A model generated the notes under the pieces. The model saw only the letters and a program-made list of their open reading frames with translations, made no database searches and was not told the origin of the DNA. The position numbers were made by a program, and so were the translations under genes. From Callorhinchus milii (lineage: Eukaryota), in NCBI RefSeq assembly GCF_018977255.1, contig NW_024704771.1, forward strand, positions 3,534,001 to 3,598,000: a stretch of DNA of 64,000 nucleotides, written 5' to 3'. This document shows positions 1-12,597 of this stretch, one piece after another; the first letter of the stretch is position 1, and every line of letters begins with the position of its first letter.

Positions 1-635
1 TGCAAAAACAAAACCTTCCTCATCTCACCATTAGGAGATGCCAGAGGATCTGTATTTCTAATGGAGGAAATTGTAGGACAGGTACATCTTGGGTATTTGT
101 AAGAAACAGCACTTTTACACTCTGCTCTTCTTGAAAGATCAGTTCAGAGTTGGAATTTGACTGTCTTAGTCTATATATTTTGTTATATATTTATATATCA
201 CTTGTTAACATAACTGATCCACATAGCGCATTACCACATCTTCAAGACATCAAAGAGCTTATATTGTAAAATGAATTGACTGTGTATTTTGTGGGCAATA
301 TGTGGGAGCAGCCAACTGTACACAGCAAACAGTTGTGGATTGAGTGACCAATTTTTTTCCCCCCTTGGCTAAATGAGATAATTTACTANTTTTTTCCTGG
401 CCAAATAAAATAATTTACTATTATCTTACATGATACAATCTTGTAGTTATCGTACATCACCAAGAACTATTATACAAAATATTTGTGGAAGTTCAAAGTC
501 AAAAAGGTCACAGTAAATTTTACATTTAGTAAAAACGGAACATATTAGAATTCTCAGTCACAGCAGCAAATTAAATAATTATTTAATACTTTTTTTTTTA
601 GTTCTGTTACTCACAATATCTGTGTGTTTACTTAC

Positions 636-743
636 CGAGCCGTCCGCAAAGCAGACCTAATAGTCCAATGATAGACAGATACACAAGTCCTGCAAGAGTG
701 CTTCTCAATGCAAGCCGTTGACCTGGAATGTTACATTTTACAA
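636..743 (-). CDS. Gene A TM5 exon (108 nt): vVKCNIPGQRLALRSTLAGLVYLSIIGLLGLLCGRL
   Basis: TCTACAG acceptor, G|GTAAGT donor, phase 1-1, same length as B/C/D equivalents. Confidence 0.85.
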
Positions 744-1594
744 CTGTAGATAGAATTGTGAGTCTGAATTACATTTCAAATCTTGTATGAAAATATTGCA
801 CTTATCATTATAGGAAGAAGAACAGCAATAATAATTATTCTTGCTTTTGATATAGCGTCTTATCAGGTTGTTGAGACGCCTCAAAGCACTTCACAGATTG
901 ACTGCGTATTTTATGGGTGAAATACGGTAGCCTATTGAACACACCGATTTCCCACAAACAGTCGTGGATTGAACATCCACAGTCAGTTTAAACAGTCAGT
1001 TTAAAGTTGCATTCGAAGAAAAGTGGCTTTGGCAACACCATGTTCCCCCAATACTGCACTGACTCATCAGCGTAGAACGTAGACTCAAAGTCTAAACATA
1101 GGGGCTTCTGTTCCTGAAGCAAAGATGCTACCAAGTGAGTCAGGTCGACAAATAAAGTATTTGAAACAATTTCTATAATAATAATAATCTTGCACGAGAT
1201 ATAGCACATTATAAGGCGTTGAGACACCTCAAAGCGCTTCACAGAATATACTGTAAGTGAATTGACTGTATATTTTGTGGGCAAAACTCGGGAGCCAATG
1301 GCGCACAGCAGTGTCCCACAAACATTCATGGATTGAAAACACATGCATTCATTGCTTTGCACACACCATCAAGTCTTGAAAAATTAGTCACCAAACTACA
1401 ACTCGCCAGTAAGAATGGGTTTGACTATCTCATTGACCTCCAAACTTATTTGTATAACAATGTAATAATTCTTGACCTTGCAAATGTAAGAATTTGGTCA
1501 CCCTCGGTCACTCTCCTACCCGTACCATCCCTGCCCTCCACCCCTCCTGATTTCACACCCAGCTCAGGTCCAAATCCCTCACTGTCCAACATTT

Positions 1595-1923
1595 TAATAA
1601 TAATAATAATAATAATCCTTGCATTTGATATAGCGCTTTTCACGTCAGGAGGACGTCGCAAAGCGATTCACAGAACACACTGTAAAGTGAATTGACTGTA
1701 TATTTGTGGGCGAACGCGGCAGCCAATTGCGCACAGCAATGTCCCACAAACAGTCGTAGATTGAAAATGACCAATTTATTATTGTTTTTGGTTTTGGAGG
1801 GATTATTATTAGGCTCTGTGTGGAGTAAGGAAACTTGCCCAAGGTTTCGCCCTCTGCCTGGAATTGAACTCAGGTCTCTCGCTCGCAAAGCGAGTACTCT
1901 AACCACTGAGCTACAGGACTCCA
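1595..1923 (-). mobile_element. Young full-length tRNA-headed Deu-domain SINE
   Basis: A/B-box tRNA-like head TGGAGTCCTGTAGCTCAGTGGTTAG...; GCTGTGCGCAATTGGCTGCCGCG core; L2-like 3' end and (TTA)n tail. Confidence 0.85.
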
Positions 1924-2100
1924 ATTTTGGGATATTCTCCTGACATGAGAAGCACTGTGTAAATGTTATCTATTGTTGTTGGATGACTCTTAAAGAGCAA
2001 CAAATGGAGCAATGAAAATCAGTTAATTCTACTTTTTGATGACCATATATTTATCCATACTCAATTTTTTGTTTAATATAGTATAATATGAATTACTCAC

Positions 2101-2181
2101 CAATTTTGCTTGTATTGTAAATCGGGACACATGAACACAGGATAGCAAACAATTGATAAGCAAGCAAAATGTTTCGATGAA
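2101..2181 (-). CDS. Gene A TM4 exon (81 nt): lHRNILLAYQLFAILCSCVPIYNTSKI
   Basis: TTGACAG acceptor, G|GTGAGT donor; homologous to C exon HRNTILVYEVIAVFISFIPIYKAKQN. Confidence 0.85.
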
Positions 2182-3623
2182 CTGTCAAGTGAATAAAATT
2201 TGTATAAATAAATAGCAGCTAACTTTTGAAGTAATAATGTATATTTTGGGTGCTCAGAATATGTTGTTCAAACAAGTTGTCGTTAATATCTCTGTCAATT
2301 CACTTTACAGTATATTCTGTGAAGCACTTCGAGACATCTCAATGACGTGATAAGGTGCTGCATCAATTGTGAGTATCATTATTATTATCCCACTTACATT
2401 TTATCTTTTACGTTTTTCTTGTTAAATATTCTCAGACTTTTGCCTCCAAATAATTTAATAGCAATGTGATACGTTCTTCTGAAATAACATTTACAAATCA
2501 CATGTTTTTTTCTTTTTTGGGCCTAATTGTAAATATTCCAAATCAGTATGAATAGTTTAGTAACATGTAGGCTCAATTTTTCAAATTTACTGCTGGCTGC
2601 ATTACATAATAATGTTCATCACATCACTGAGATGTCTCAAAGAAATATACTGTAGTAACTGTGCATTCTGCCAAGTAGTGTCCCATAAACAGTCATGGAT
2701 TGAGTTACCTTTTTTTTAGAAAAGTATTATTTCCCCCGGAAAGCGATCTGCCAATCGACTAACAACTGGGTTCCTACTTGCTACTTGGAGTAAGGAGACT
2801 TGCCTGAGGAATTGACCGTGCCCGTAAATCGAACCTGATTGATTGCAATATGCAGGTCACGTTCAAAATGTCTATTTGCCTATAATAGGTCTATCTAATT
2901 TACTCCACATATATACTGTAGAAAGCAGGTTATCCATGAAACTTCACAAGTGCAGCGATGCTGCAATGTAGCTTTTATTACTGCTGCAAATATATTTGCT
3001 TTGCATAAAGCTTTTCCCTTTGTAGTATTCTGGTTTGTGAAAGACTAATTTCAATCACCTTACGACCTCATCCTCAAACGTAAGAAGACATTGGCTTTTT
3101 GTATCGATCATACTATGCCAAGAAGCGGTGTAGCGGCACAATCCACCATGGGTTTGAAGAGAGAAAATTAGAGGTGTAGGAAAGTTAGCGGCGGAAGAAA
3201 AATCAGAATAATGTTGGACAGTGGAATTGAATGAACAGCTTGCTGAGAGACCTGGTGCAGACTCGATGAGCTGAATGGCCTCCTTCTGTGCTATAAATTT
3301 CTATTCCTATGTTCACTCATAGCCGGAGGAATCTGTCACTTCAACTTGGACAACTGACCCTCATCACAGGATCAGCACTCTGCCCAACATGTTCAGGGGC
3401 TGCCCACACTGATGGAGAAATGTCTGTTTGATGTGTGTCTGTAAGAGTAACCTCACCAACATGGGGTTTGACGAGTTTATTTAATTAGTTGTTTGATGAC
3501 TGCCTGCAGTCTTTCTTTCCCTTTTGCCTCTAACACACATCAATAGGAACAATACAATTTGGATCAGTAGTTTTGGTCTGCGGAGAGGGAGAAATAGCAA
3601 ATCGGGTTTATAAATGAACTCAC

Positions 3624-3752
3624 GCATGTTCAACAATATTGAACTTTCTGATTTACTAGCAAGATACAGAGCGAGAGCACCAGTGTAAACCATCATGACT
3701 AAAACTACAAGTCCGAGGATTCCTGCAAAGATTCTATATCCTAACTCCATGT
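3624..3752 (-). CDS. Gene A TM3 exon (129 nt): dMELGYRIFAGILGLVVLVMMVYTGALALYLASKSESSILLNM
   Basis: TTTTCCAG acceptor, C|GTGAGT donor; YR(I/V)xxG motif shared by all four genes. Confidence 0.9.
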
Positions 3753-4583
3753 CTGGAAAAGATCAAAACAAAGAATTATTATAATTATTATGCAGTGAAA
3801 CAGAGAGTGAGTGTGCAAAACTACAGCAACAACAACTTGCATTTATTTAATGCCCCTCATCAGGGTAGCATCCCAGAGTGCTTGACAGTTGTGGAGCACA
3901 ATGCTAAGCCAGGGGAAGTGACCGCAAGCACGGTCAAAGAGGAACGTCTTCAGGCATGACCTGAAGATGGGTAAGGAGGGAGCAATGTGGAGGGATTGAG
4001 GGGGAGTATTTCAGATTTTTGGGCAGAGTGGCTGAAAGCACAGCACCGATAGTGGAATGGAGGGCATTAAGCACATGCAGGAGCCTGAAGGCAGTTGAGT
4101 GGAGGCAGCAGGTAGTGGGTTGGTGGTTAAGCAGGTCGGAGAAGTAGGGAGGTGCCAGGGTATGAAGAGATTTGAAAGTGTGACAAATGCCCATCTCACA
4201 GTGTCCCACAAACAGTCGTGGATTGAGTGACCAATTTTTTTGGAGGGATTATTACCCGCGGAAAGCAATCCACCAATCAACTAACAACTGGGTTCTTTCT
4301 TGCTGCTAGGTAAACAGAGGCATGTGGAGAAAGGAAGCTTGCTGAACTAATCAGGTATAAAATTAGAGAGTTCAGTCAGGAACGTGCAGATCTGAAGTCT
4401 CCCGGCTGCCTGCTACTCTCACAGGGAGATCACTACTTAATTCTCCTGTTACTTGCCAAAGGTTTTGCCCGGCCTGTAAATCAAACCCTGGCCCTATCAC
4501 TTGAGAGGTGAAAACGCTAACCATTATACTACTCAGTGGTAAATTTAAAGTGCAAATCCAAATTTCAATGAGATGCAACATAC

Positions 4584-4685
4584 CTGCTTTAAAGGTGCTC
4601 AAAAGACATGCAACAAACAGACATTTCACCGAGATTAGTTGTAGGAGTATAAACAATGCAGTGAGCCTCAGGTGGTATTTCTTAA
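4584..4685 (-). CDS. Gene A TM2 exon (102 nt): vKKYHLRLTALFILLQLISVKCLFVACLLSTFKA
   Basis: TTTACAG acceptor, G|GTATGT donor; lies within ORF 4372-4698. Confidence 0.9.
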
Positions 4686-5239
4686 CTGTAAACAACAAAT
4701 AAATATAAATAAATATTTAAATTATTTAAATGAAATATCAGTAAATTAAAATACTAAATTTTGAAATCTGAAATAAAATACAAATTTAAAAATGGAAGTG
4801 GTTTATAAACTCGAGCTTAATATTAATAATAATAATCCTTGTATTTGATATATGATATACAGCAGCCAATTGCACAAAGCAGTGTTTTACAAACAGGGGA
4901 AGGAAGGGGCAAGCCGGAGGGATTGGGGGAGAAAGTTTCAACGCTTTGGGATGTACTGGCTGAAAATGTCCTGTCGATGGCGAAGCAGAGGGCATAAGGT
5001 ACAAAAAGGAGGCTGGAGCCAGCTGAGCGGAAGCAGCGGCAAGTAGGTTGGGGAGTAAGCAGGTTGGAGAGGTAGCGAGATACCAGGGCATGAATGGATT
5101 TGAAGACGAGTGTGAAGATCTTGAAATCGATCCATTCTGTGATAGAAAGTCATTCGAGCCTAGCAAGGACTGGTGTGATGTACGGAGCTTAGAGTGGATG
5201 AGATTACAGGCGGCAGGCTTCATAACATGCATTTATTAC

Positions 5240-5356
5240 CTTTGTATTTCTTCAAACCATAGAAGATTATGAATATTCCAGCAGCAAAGGTAGTTATATT
5301 GCTAATCAGTGCCGTTAAGGATGCAGAAAGCAAATTCTGATATGCATTAAGAGCAC
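5240..5356 (-). CDS. Gene A TM1 exon (117 nt): gALNAYQNLLSASLTALISNITTFAAGIFIIFYGLKKYK
   Basis: TGTTTCAG acceptor, G|GTAATA donor; AL(I/V)SN motif shared by all four genes. Confidence 0.9.
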
Positions 5357-5980
5357 CTGAAACAGGAAACTAAACATATTTAGTTCAAAATCGAGTATTT
5401 AATAAAATGAAGCCAGGTAATAAGAGAAGAGGCAAAACAGATCTAACATTGCAGAGAATAAGCAGAGTGACAAATTAGCAAAAGAGAAAGGAATACACTG
5501 CTAGTGGAAAAAAAAACAAATGCAAACACCACAAAAAAGATATCCAATACACAACGATAGATAAAGTGCAGGAACTATAAGCACATTGCAACCGTGTTAC
5601 AGAAATGGCCAAGGACCATTATCTGAATCTCAATTATAATAATAATCGTTGCATTTGATATAGCGCCTTATCATGTAGTTGAGACGTCTCAAAGGACTTC
5701 ACAGAATATAATGTAAAGTGAATTGACTGTTTATTTTGTGGAAGAAACGCGGCAACCAATTGCACACAGAAATGTGCCGCATACAGTCATTATTATTATT
5801 CATTTTGTAGGGGATTATTATGCCTGGAAAGCGATCCACCAATTGACTAACAAGCGAGTTCCTATTTACTGCTTGGTAACCAGAAGTGTGTGGAGTAAGG
5901 AAACATGCCCAAGATATTTGATTGTGCCATATCTGGCCATTGTCTAATGACAGAATACAAAATCAGGTTAACAAACCTAC

Positions 5981-6232
5981 CGTCAACGATGAGAAAGTAC
6001 GAGCGGTTTCTCTGGCTGACCTGGTTTTTTACATTGCACGTGTACCAGCCACAGTGTGAGATCTTTGGATTATTGAAGACCAATGTGTTTTCATAATCCG
6101 TATTGTTTATAATTTTATCTCCTCTTGTCCACCAAATATTAATGTGTTTGTTTTCTTTAATGATACAGTTCAGTTTAACAACATTAGTCACGTAGATGGG
6201 ATCTTGAATGATCAGTGGTAATGACAAAAGTT
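5981..6232 (-). CDS. Gene A Ig C2 exon (252 nt)
   Basis: TCCCATAG acceptor, G|GTAGGT donor; C...W...HCGWYTCNVKNQVS Ig motif. Confidence 0.93.
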
Positions 6233-6875
6233 CTATGGGAAAAACACAGACAGTATGAAAATTCTAACGAGTGTTAGGCTCTTTAGATAACAATCCAGAA
6301 GGACATTCCTTAATTTACCATCTAAGAAGTGCAATTTCAGAGAATCCTCATGATAATAATTATCCTTTGATATAGCACCTTATCATGTCGTTGAGACGTC
6401 TCAAAGCGCTTAACAAAATATACTGTAAAGTGGATTGACTGTATATTTTGTGGGCAAAATGTGGCAGCCAATTACGCATAGTAGTGTCCCCACAACAATT
6501 GTGGATTTTTTTGGGGGTATTATTAACCCTAGAAAGCGATCTCCCAATCGACTAACAACTAGGTTCTTACGCACCGCTAGGTAAACAGAGGTGACTGGAG
6601 CAAGGAAACTTACCCAAGGTTTCGACCTGTCTGGAATCGAATCTGGTTCCTCTTGCTTGCAAGGCAAGCTCTCTAACTACTACACTACGGGACTCCAAAC
6701 TAGGTCAGGAAGATCATTTAAGTACCAGTTCGATGTGGTAGCCAGAGGTAATCTGGAAAATTTAAATGAGCTAACAGACTCTCCTCGCTCAAAAACGCCT
6801 GTTGTGATAATAAATTGCCTGAAATGTAAATATTACTTTAAATTGAAAAAAGTCTTATACGTTACTATCACTTAC

Positions 6876-7226
6876 TTTCAATTTCCAAGTATATGGTGTT
6901 CGCAGAATAAAGATGGAATCTTTCAGTGATATTGCTTACTTTTTGTATCTGTCCTTCATAAATGCCACTATCGGTCATTTCTAAATGCTGAAGTTTGATA
7001 GATCCGGTCCTTTTATCAAACTTCAGTCGACGTTTATAAAATATATTGATAAGAATTCTGGTTTCAGGAGATGAATATCGCAGGATAACTGTATTCTTCT
7101 CAGGAATGATATAGAACCAATTGACCTTTTCATTTGATTCAAGATATTCGTTATAATATGGATTCATGGTAACAGAAGAATCTAAACTAGCAAAAATAGT
7201 TTCATTGCTCGTCAGGACAGGAGAAT
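6876..7226 (-). CDS. Gene A Ig V exon (351 nt), CD2/CEACAM-like without the B-F disulfide
   Basis: CTTTTCAG acceptor, A|GTAAGT donor; W..., GSIKLQHLEMTDSGIY motif. Confidence 0.92.
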
Positions 7227-8359
7227 CTGAAAGAGATGCACGAAATGTTCATTTGTTGAGTTATTATAAATATAATAATAATCCTTGAATTTGATGTAGC
7301 ACCTTAAAATGGTGAAGAAGGGAACAAGGTGGAGGGATTGAGGGAGAGTATTCCAGACTTTCAGGATGTAGTGGTTGAAAGTGAGGCCACCAATGGTGGA
7401 ACGGAGGGCACAAGGGACAAGTAGGAGGCCAAAGCCAGTCGAGTAGTGGGTTGTGGCATAAACAGGTTGGAGATAGGGTGTCAGGAAAGGATTTGAAGAT
7501 GAGTGTGACGATCTTGAAATCAATCCATTCAGTGATAGAAAGCCAGTGGAGCTTAAACATGGTACACCAATGATCTTTTGCAATCAAACCATTGTTTCCC
7601 ATCACATATATCACATAATCTAATATTTTGTAGGACTTACTTCTTATATTAATGACTTGGTCCTCTTGCTTGTTAATTTGCAAAACTGACTTTAAAATTA
7701 TACTATTGTCAATCACTTTCAAATGCCCTAACAGAAGAGAATAATAATAGTAATAATCTTGCATCTGATATAGCACCTTATCTTGTTTTTAAGGCATCTC
7801 AAAGCTTTCACTGAATTTACTGTAAATAATAATACCTACATTTGACACAGCACCTTATGAAGTCTTCGAGACATTGTCTCATGAATTGTCTGTATATTTT
7901 GTGGGAGAAACATGGTAGCCAATTTCACAAAGCAGTGTCCCACAAACACTTATGGATTGAGTGACCAAATTATTTTCAAATTTTTTGAAGGGATTATCAT
8001 CTCCGGAAAGGGGATCCGCCAATTGACTAACAACTGAGTTCCTACTTACTGCTGGGTAAACAGAGGAGTGTGGAGCAAGGAAACTTGCCCAACATTTCAC
8101 CACGCTTGGTAAACTAACCCAAGTTCTCTTGCTTGCAAGACGAGTGATCTAACCAATGCACTCCAGGACTCCCTTAGGGTTTAATGGGGAAGCGTAATCT
8201 GGGCTTTTGAAAAATTATGTAATTAAAACTAGTATGTACTGTGCAGAAATATTCTTGACTAGACTTCAGTTTAAATCCCATTGTTTTGAATGACTGTTGT
8301 ACATAAACCCCTCTTGGAATGTTCATTGATGTCGAAATGTATTGCTCCAAATTTAATAA

Positions 8360-10100
8360 TACAACAAGAACAAAATGACATTTATAGAGCACCTTTCACG
8401 TCGTGAGGATGTCCAAAGCACTGAACAGTCAGGTGTCGGGGCCCGAGCATGCAGGGCGAGGTGGTGTAGGGGTGAGGGAAGGCAGAGGGGTGGGAGGGAG
8501 ATCCAAGGCACGGTCGAAGAGAAGGGTCTTGAGATCGGCCTTGAAGGAGGCGAGGGAGGAATCGAGGCAAAGGGACTGTGGGATGGAGTTCCAGAGGTTG
8601 GGGGCAGAGAGGCTGAAAGCTCGGCCAATGATGGTAAGGTGGGTTGGGCGGGAGACATGGAGCAGGACGGAGCCCGATGAACGGAGGGAGCGGGCAGGTT
8701 GATAGGGAGTCAGCAGGTCAGAGAGGTGGGAGGGGCAAGGCCATGTGGGGGAGCCAGTGGAGTCAGGTGAGGGTGGGACTGATGGGGTTACGGAGTTGGT
8801 GCGTGAGAGTTCACAAGCTGCAGTTTTCGTTGATCTGCAGCTTGTGAAGGGAAGAGTTGGGATGGCTGATGAGGAGGGAGTTCCCGTAATCAAGCCTTGA
8901 GGTGACGAATGCGTGGGTGAGGGTTTCAGCAGCCTGAGGGGTGAGGCAGTGGCAGAGTCTGGCAACGTTGCGGAGGTGGTGGTAGGCAGTGCCAGTCATG
9001 GGGCGGATGAGGGGGAGAAAGTACAGTTCAGGGTCAAACAAGACACCAAGGTTCCTGACTGGTTTAGTGAGGTTGAGTGTGCAGCCATGGAGGATGATGC
9101 TGCCAGCGCCTGAGGTACGGAGGCGCTGATGCGAGCCAATCAGGAGGGCCTCCGTTTTGCTGACGTTGAGATGGAGAAAGTTGGCTCTCATCCAGGACTT
9201 GATGTCGGACAGGCAGTCAGTCAGGACGCCAGTGGTCCTGGAGTCCAGGTGGAGGCAGAGAGGTAGAGTTGGGGATCATCCACACACGTGTGGAAATTCA
9301 CTCCATGTCTGCAGATGATGTCACCAAGGGGGAGCATGTAGAGGGTGAAGAGGAGGGGACCGAGGACATAGCCCTGAGGAACACCATACGAGACAGTGCG
9401 GGGGCTGGAGGAGAAGACGTTTGCTGCGACGAACTGGAAGTGGTGTGAAAGGTAGGACCTGAACTAGTCAAGGACAGGAAGAGGTGGGAGGAGAGGCGGT
9501 GGAGGATGATCGAGTGGTTCCACGGTGTCAAAGGCAGCGGAGAGATCGAGGAGGATGAGGAGACAGAGGGAGCCTTGGTCACACATGGTCAGGATGTTAT
9601 TTGTGACCTTGACCAGAGCAGTTTCCGTCCTTGGGCAGCAAGGAAACCCGATTGGAGGGGTTCATGGAGGGAGTAAGAGGAGAGGAAAGAGCAAAGCTGA
9701 GAGGCAACGGCTCGCTCAAGGACCTTGGATAGGAAGGGGAGATTTGAGATGGGCCGGTAGCTAGATAGCTGTGATGGGTCGAGGGAAGGTTTCTTCAAGA
9801 TAGGAGTGATAGTGGCTGTTTTGAGGGGGGAAGGAACAGTGCCAGATGACAGGTAGAGGTTAATGATGTCGGCAAATAGTGAGACAAGGAGGTGGAGCTG
9901 GGATTTAAGGAGAGGGGTAGAGATGGGTTCGAGGGAGCAGGTGGTGAACTTCATAGAGGTTACCGTGTTGAAGACAGAGGAGGGGGTGATAGGTTCAAAG
10001 ATGTGGAAGGAGGGATGGGTAATTGTCGGATGGGTATTTGTGTGGGGTGGGGGTAGGGAGGGGCTGGAAGTTGAGGACGCAGTGGTAGTTGAGTAGATTC
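8360..10100 (-). mobile_element. L2-clade LINE, 5'-truncated, RT to 3' tail, frameshifted
   Basis: ORF pieces RANFLHLNVSKTEALLIG, FVTSRLDYGNSLL, YRPISNLPFLSKVLER. Confidence 0.9.
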
Positions 10101-10769
10101 CCTCGATTTAATAATAATTCTTGTATTTGATATAGTGCCTTATCACTTTCTTGAGATGTCGCAAATCACTTCACAGAATATATTTTAAAGTGGATTCCTA
10201 CATCCATCTTGATTGGTTTGCAGAGAGGCAAGCAGCTGCTCCCCGGTCTGCTCCACATCCCCCGCCCTAACCGTCCTACCATCGGTGGCCGGGCCTTCAG
10301 CCTCTCAGCCCCGAGGCTCTGGAACCCCATCCCCAGTGCCTTCGCCGCCTCCTCCCTTTCCTCCTTCAAGGCCGGTCTCAAGACTTTTCTCTTTGACCGA
10401 GCCTTCAGCTCCCCTCTCGACTCTCTGCCCCCTCCTCGCTCCCTCCCTCCCTCACCCTGACCATTTCCCCACTGCTCGGGTCCTGACCCAACTGTCCTGC
10501 GCCTTGGGACGTCCTCCCGACGTGAAAGGCGCTCTATAAGTGGAATCTTGTTGTTGTTGTTGCTTAAACTCCAACTGATGGAACCATCTCTCAGTGGGAA
10601 GGGATGTGTGCCCGAGCTGCGAACAGGAAGATGGTTGCAATGTTCTCATGTATTTCATACTGAGCTGTGATGCCCATCCAAAAACTCGCAGTGAGTTCTT
10701 GAAACCTAGTGAGGCTCAAACCCGCGCTCATCGGATATCAAAGAATAATAATAATTCTTAAATTTGATG

Positions 10770-11092
10770 CAATAATCATAATCCTTGCATTTGATATAGC
10801 GGTTTTCACGTCTTCTCGACGTCTCAAAGCGCTTCACCGAATATGCTGTAAACTGAATTGACTGTAGATTTGTGAGCGAAATGCGGCAGCCAAATTGCGC
10901 ACAGCAATGTCCCACAAATAGTCATGGGTTGAAGTGATCAATTTATCATTGTGTATTTTTTTTCTTGAGGGATTAGTATCAGGCGTGTGGAGTAAGGAAA
11001 CTTGCCCAAGGTTTCGCGCTGCTGGGAATCGAACCCAGGTCTCTCGCTTGAGAGGCGAGTGCTCTAACCGCTGAGCTGCAGGAATTCCATAC
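10770..11092 (-). mobile_element. Older SINE of the same family (similar decayed copies at about 6350-6700, 7740-8170, 13200-13480, 19810-20130, 29105-29462, 32335-32720, 38690-38930, 49915-50230, 52975-53350, 58280-58560)
   Basis: tRNA-like head, Deu core and tail recognisable with substitutions. Confidence 0.75.
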
Positions 11093-11393
11093 CTTATCAC
11101 ATGGCGCCTTATCGCGTTTGTTTAGATGTTGCAAAGTGCTGGAGAGAGTGGACTGTGAGTGTCACGTCTGTATATTTTTGTGGGTGCAAAATGGCAGCGG
11201 AATGACCATCTCGTGACAGCTGTCCTCCAATAAACATGGGGTTCGCGCTTGCGTGTGGAATTCTCAGTTGGGTTCGAATACCCATTGATGGGTTTCCACC
11301 TGTGCCATCAAATGGGTGACCCAAGAAAATGATAGAGCGACACACTGGCGCTCCCCCGCCAGCAGCTGTGCGGCAGCTGCGGCTGGAAGTGGA

Positions 11394-11835
11394 CCTGTGC
11401 TGCAGTTGTAGCTGTGCTGAAGCTGTGCTGTGGCCGTAGTTGTAGCTGTCCCACAGCTGTAGCTGTGCTGTAGCTGTAACTGTGTTGTGGCTGACGTTAT
11501 AGCTGTGCTGAAGCTGTGCTGTGGCTGTAGTTGTAGCTGTCCCACAGCTGTAGCTGTGCTGTAGCTGTAACTGTGTTGTGGCTGACGTTATAGCTGTGCT
11601 GTAGTTGTAGCTGTGGCTGTAGTTGTGCTGTGGCTGTAGTTGTGCTGTAGTTGTAGCTGTAGCTGTAGTTGTGCTGTGGCTGTAGTTGTGCTGTAGCAGT
11701 GGCTGTGGTGTAGTTGTGGCTGTGCTGTAGCTGTAGCTGTAGTTGTGCTGTTGCTGTAGCTGTGCTGTAGTTGTGCTGTAGCTGTGCTGTGGCTGTAGTT
11801 GTGCTGTGGCGGTGCTGTAGCTGTGCAGTGGCTGT
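11394..11835. repeat. Degenerate (GCTGT/AGTTGT/GCTGTG)n microsatellite at the start of gene A intron 1
   Basis: Directly visible. Confidence 0.95.
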
Positions 11836-11844
11836 GCCGCTTAC

Positions 11845-11887
11845 CCTGAGGCGCCAGGAGGAGCAGGAGAGCGGCTGTGAGCAACAT
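11845..11887 (-). CDS. Gene A leader exon MLLTAALLLLLAPQ
   Basis: ATG plus hydrophobic core, CAG G|GTAAG phase-1 donor, splices in frame to the V exon. Confidence 0.88.
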
Positions 11888-12425
11888 TCCCGCTGCCTGA
11901 CTCCAGGGCGAGGGACAAGTCACAAGATGGCGCCCAACGGCAACTCCGCCCTTTTAACGGCCACAGTTCAAAACGAAAGACAAACAAAGCGGCGACTGGC
12001 GCCGCTGTCCGGCTCTCTGGCCCCCGCCCCGCCCCGCCCCGCCCGGGGGCCGCTCGCTCGGTAACGCCGACTCCGCCCGTTCCGCCGCCTTCAGTTCGGC
12101 TCCGAAGCCGCTTCTCCTTCGCCTCTGACAACGGTGTCAGTTTGTCCGCCTCCCGTCCCCCCCGCGCTCACTCACTCACTGCGCAGGCGCCGCACCTCCC
12201 GTCCCCCCGCGCTCACTCACTGCGCAGGCGCCGCACCTCCCGTCCCCGCGCTCACTCACTCACTGCGCAGGCGCCGCACCTCCCGTCCCCGCGCTCACTC
12301 ACTCACTGCGCAGGCGCCGCACCTCCCGTCCCCGCTCCCACTCACTCACTCACTGCGCAGGCGCCGCACCGCCCGTCCCCGCGCTCACTCACTCACTCAC
12401 TCACTGCGCAGGCGCCGCGCCGCCT
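11888..12425 (-). promoter_or_regulatory. Gene A CpG-island promoter/5'UTR: YY1 motif, GC boxes, six NRF1-type sites in a roughly 40-nt tandem repeat
   Basis: CAAGATGGCG at 11923-11932; GGGGCGGGGC repeats; TGCGCAGGCGC x6; high CpG density. Confidence 0.75.
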
Positions 12426-12597
12426 CCTGTGGTGGTGGTGGTGGTTCAGGCGATGAGGCTCTGATGGGCACTGACCCACAGCGCATATTGAGGCTCTTCC
12501 GCTCTGAGAGCTGCCGCTGCTCCTGTCCTCGTTCACCGGCACAACCCACACCGTGACTGGGCGCGCGGTGGCGCCCGAGGATCTGAAAGCTGCACTC

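Larger units (their letters stand above)
636..11887 (-). other. Gene A span: leader-V-C2-5xTM Ig-superfamily membrane protein (at least 394 codons; terminal exon not located)
   Basis: Eight phase-1 exons with canonical AG/GT splice in frame with no stop at any junction; same exon set as paralogs B-D. Confidence 0.85.

Noticed and set aside
28-500. Candidate terminal exons for gene A
   Set aside because: Several AG sites give immediate stops and none resembles the B, C or D tails; cannot be resolved within the window
1333-1943. Recurrent ORFs such as MTVYLWANAAANCAQ..., MGKFPYST... and MESCSSVVR...
   Set aside because: Chance reading frames of the SINE consensus, recurring wherever the SINE occurs
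8174-8392. ORF containing QEYFCTV, a possible relic V exon in gene A intron 1
   Set aside because: No W or DxG motif, starts inside an L2 tail, and no similarity to the C or D V1 exons
11926-12064. Plus-strand ORF MAPNGNSALLTATVQ... repeated four times, and overlapping minus-strand ORFs (MSEAKEKR..., MTCPSPWSQ...)
   Set aside because: By-products of the duplicated GC-rich promoter; the ATG is part of the YY1 motif. The longer minus ORFs use GTG/TTG starts or run through the GTAAG donor into microsatellite
12150-12425. CRISPR-like look of regularly spaced repeats
   Set aside because: Units are contiguous with no unique spacers, there are no cas genes, and the context is eukaryotic
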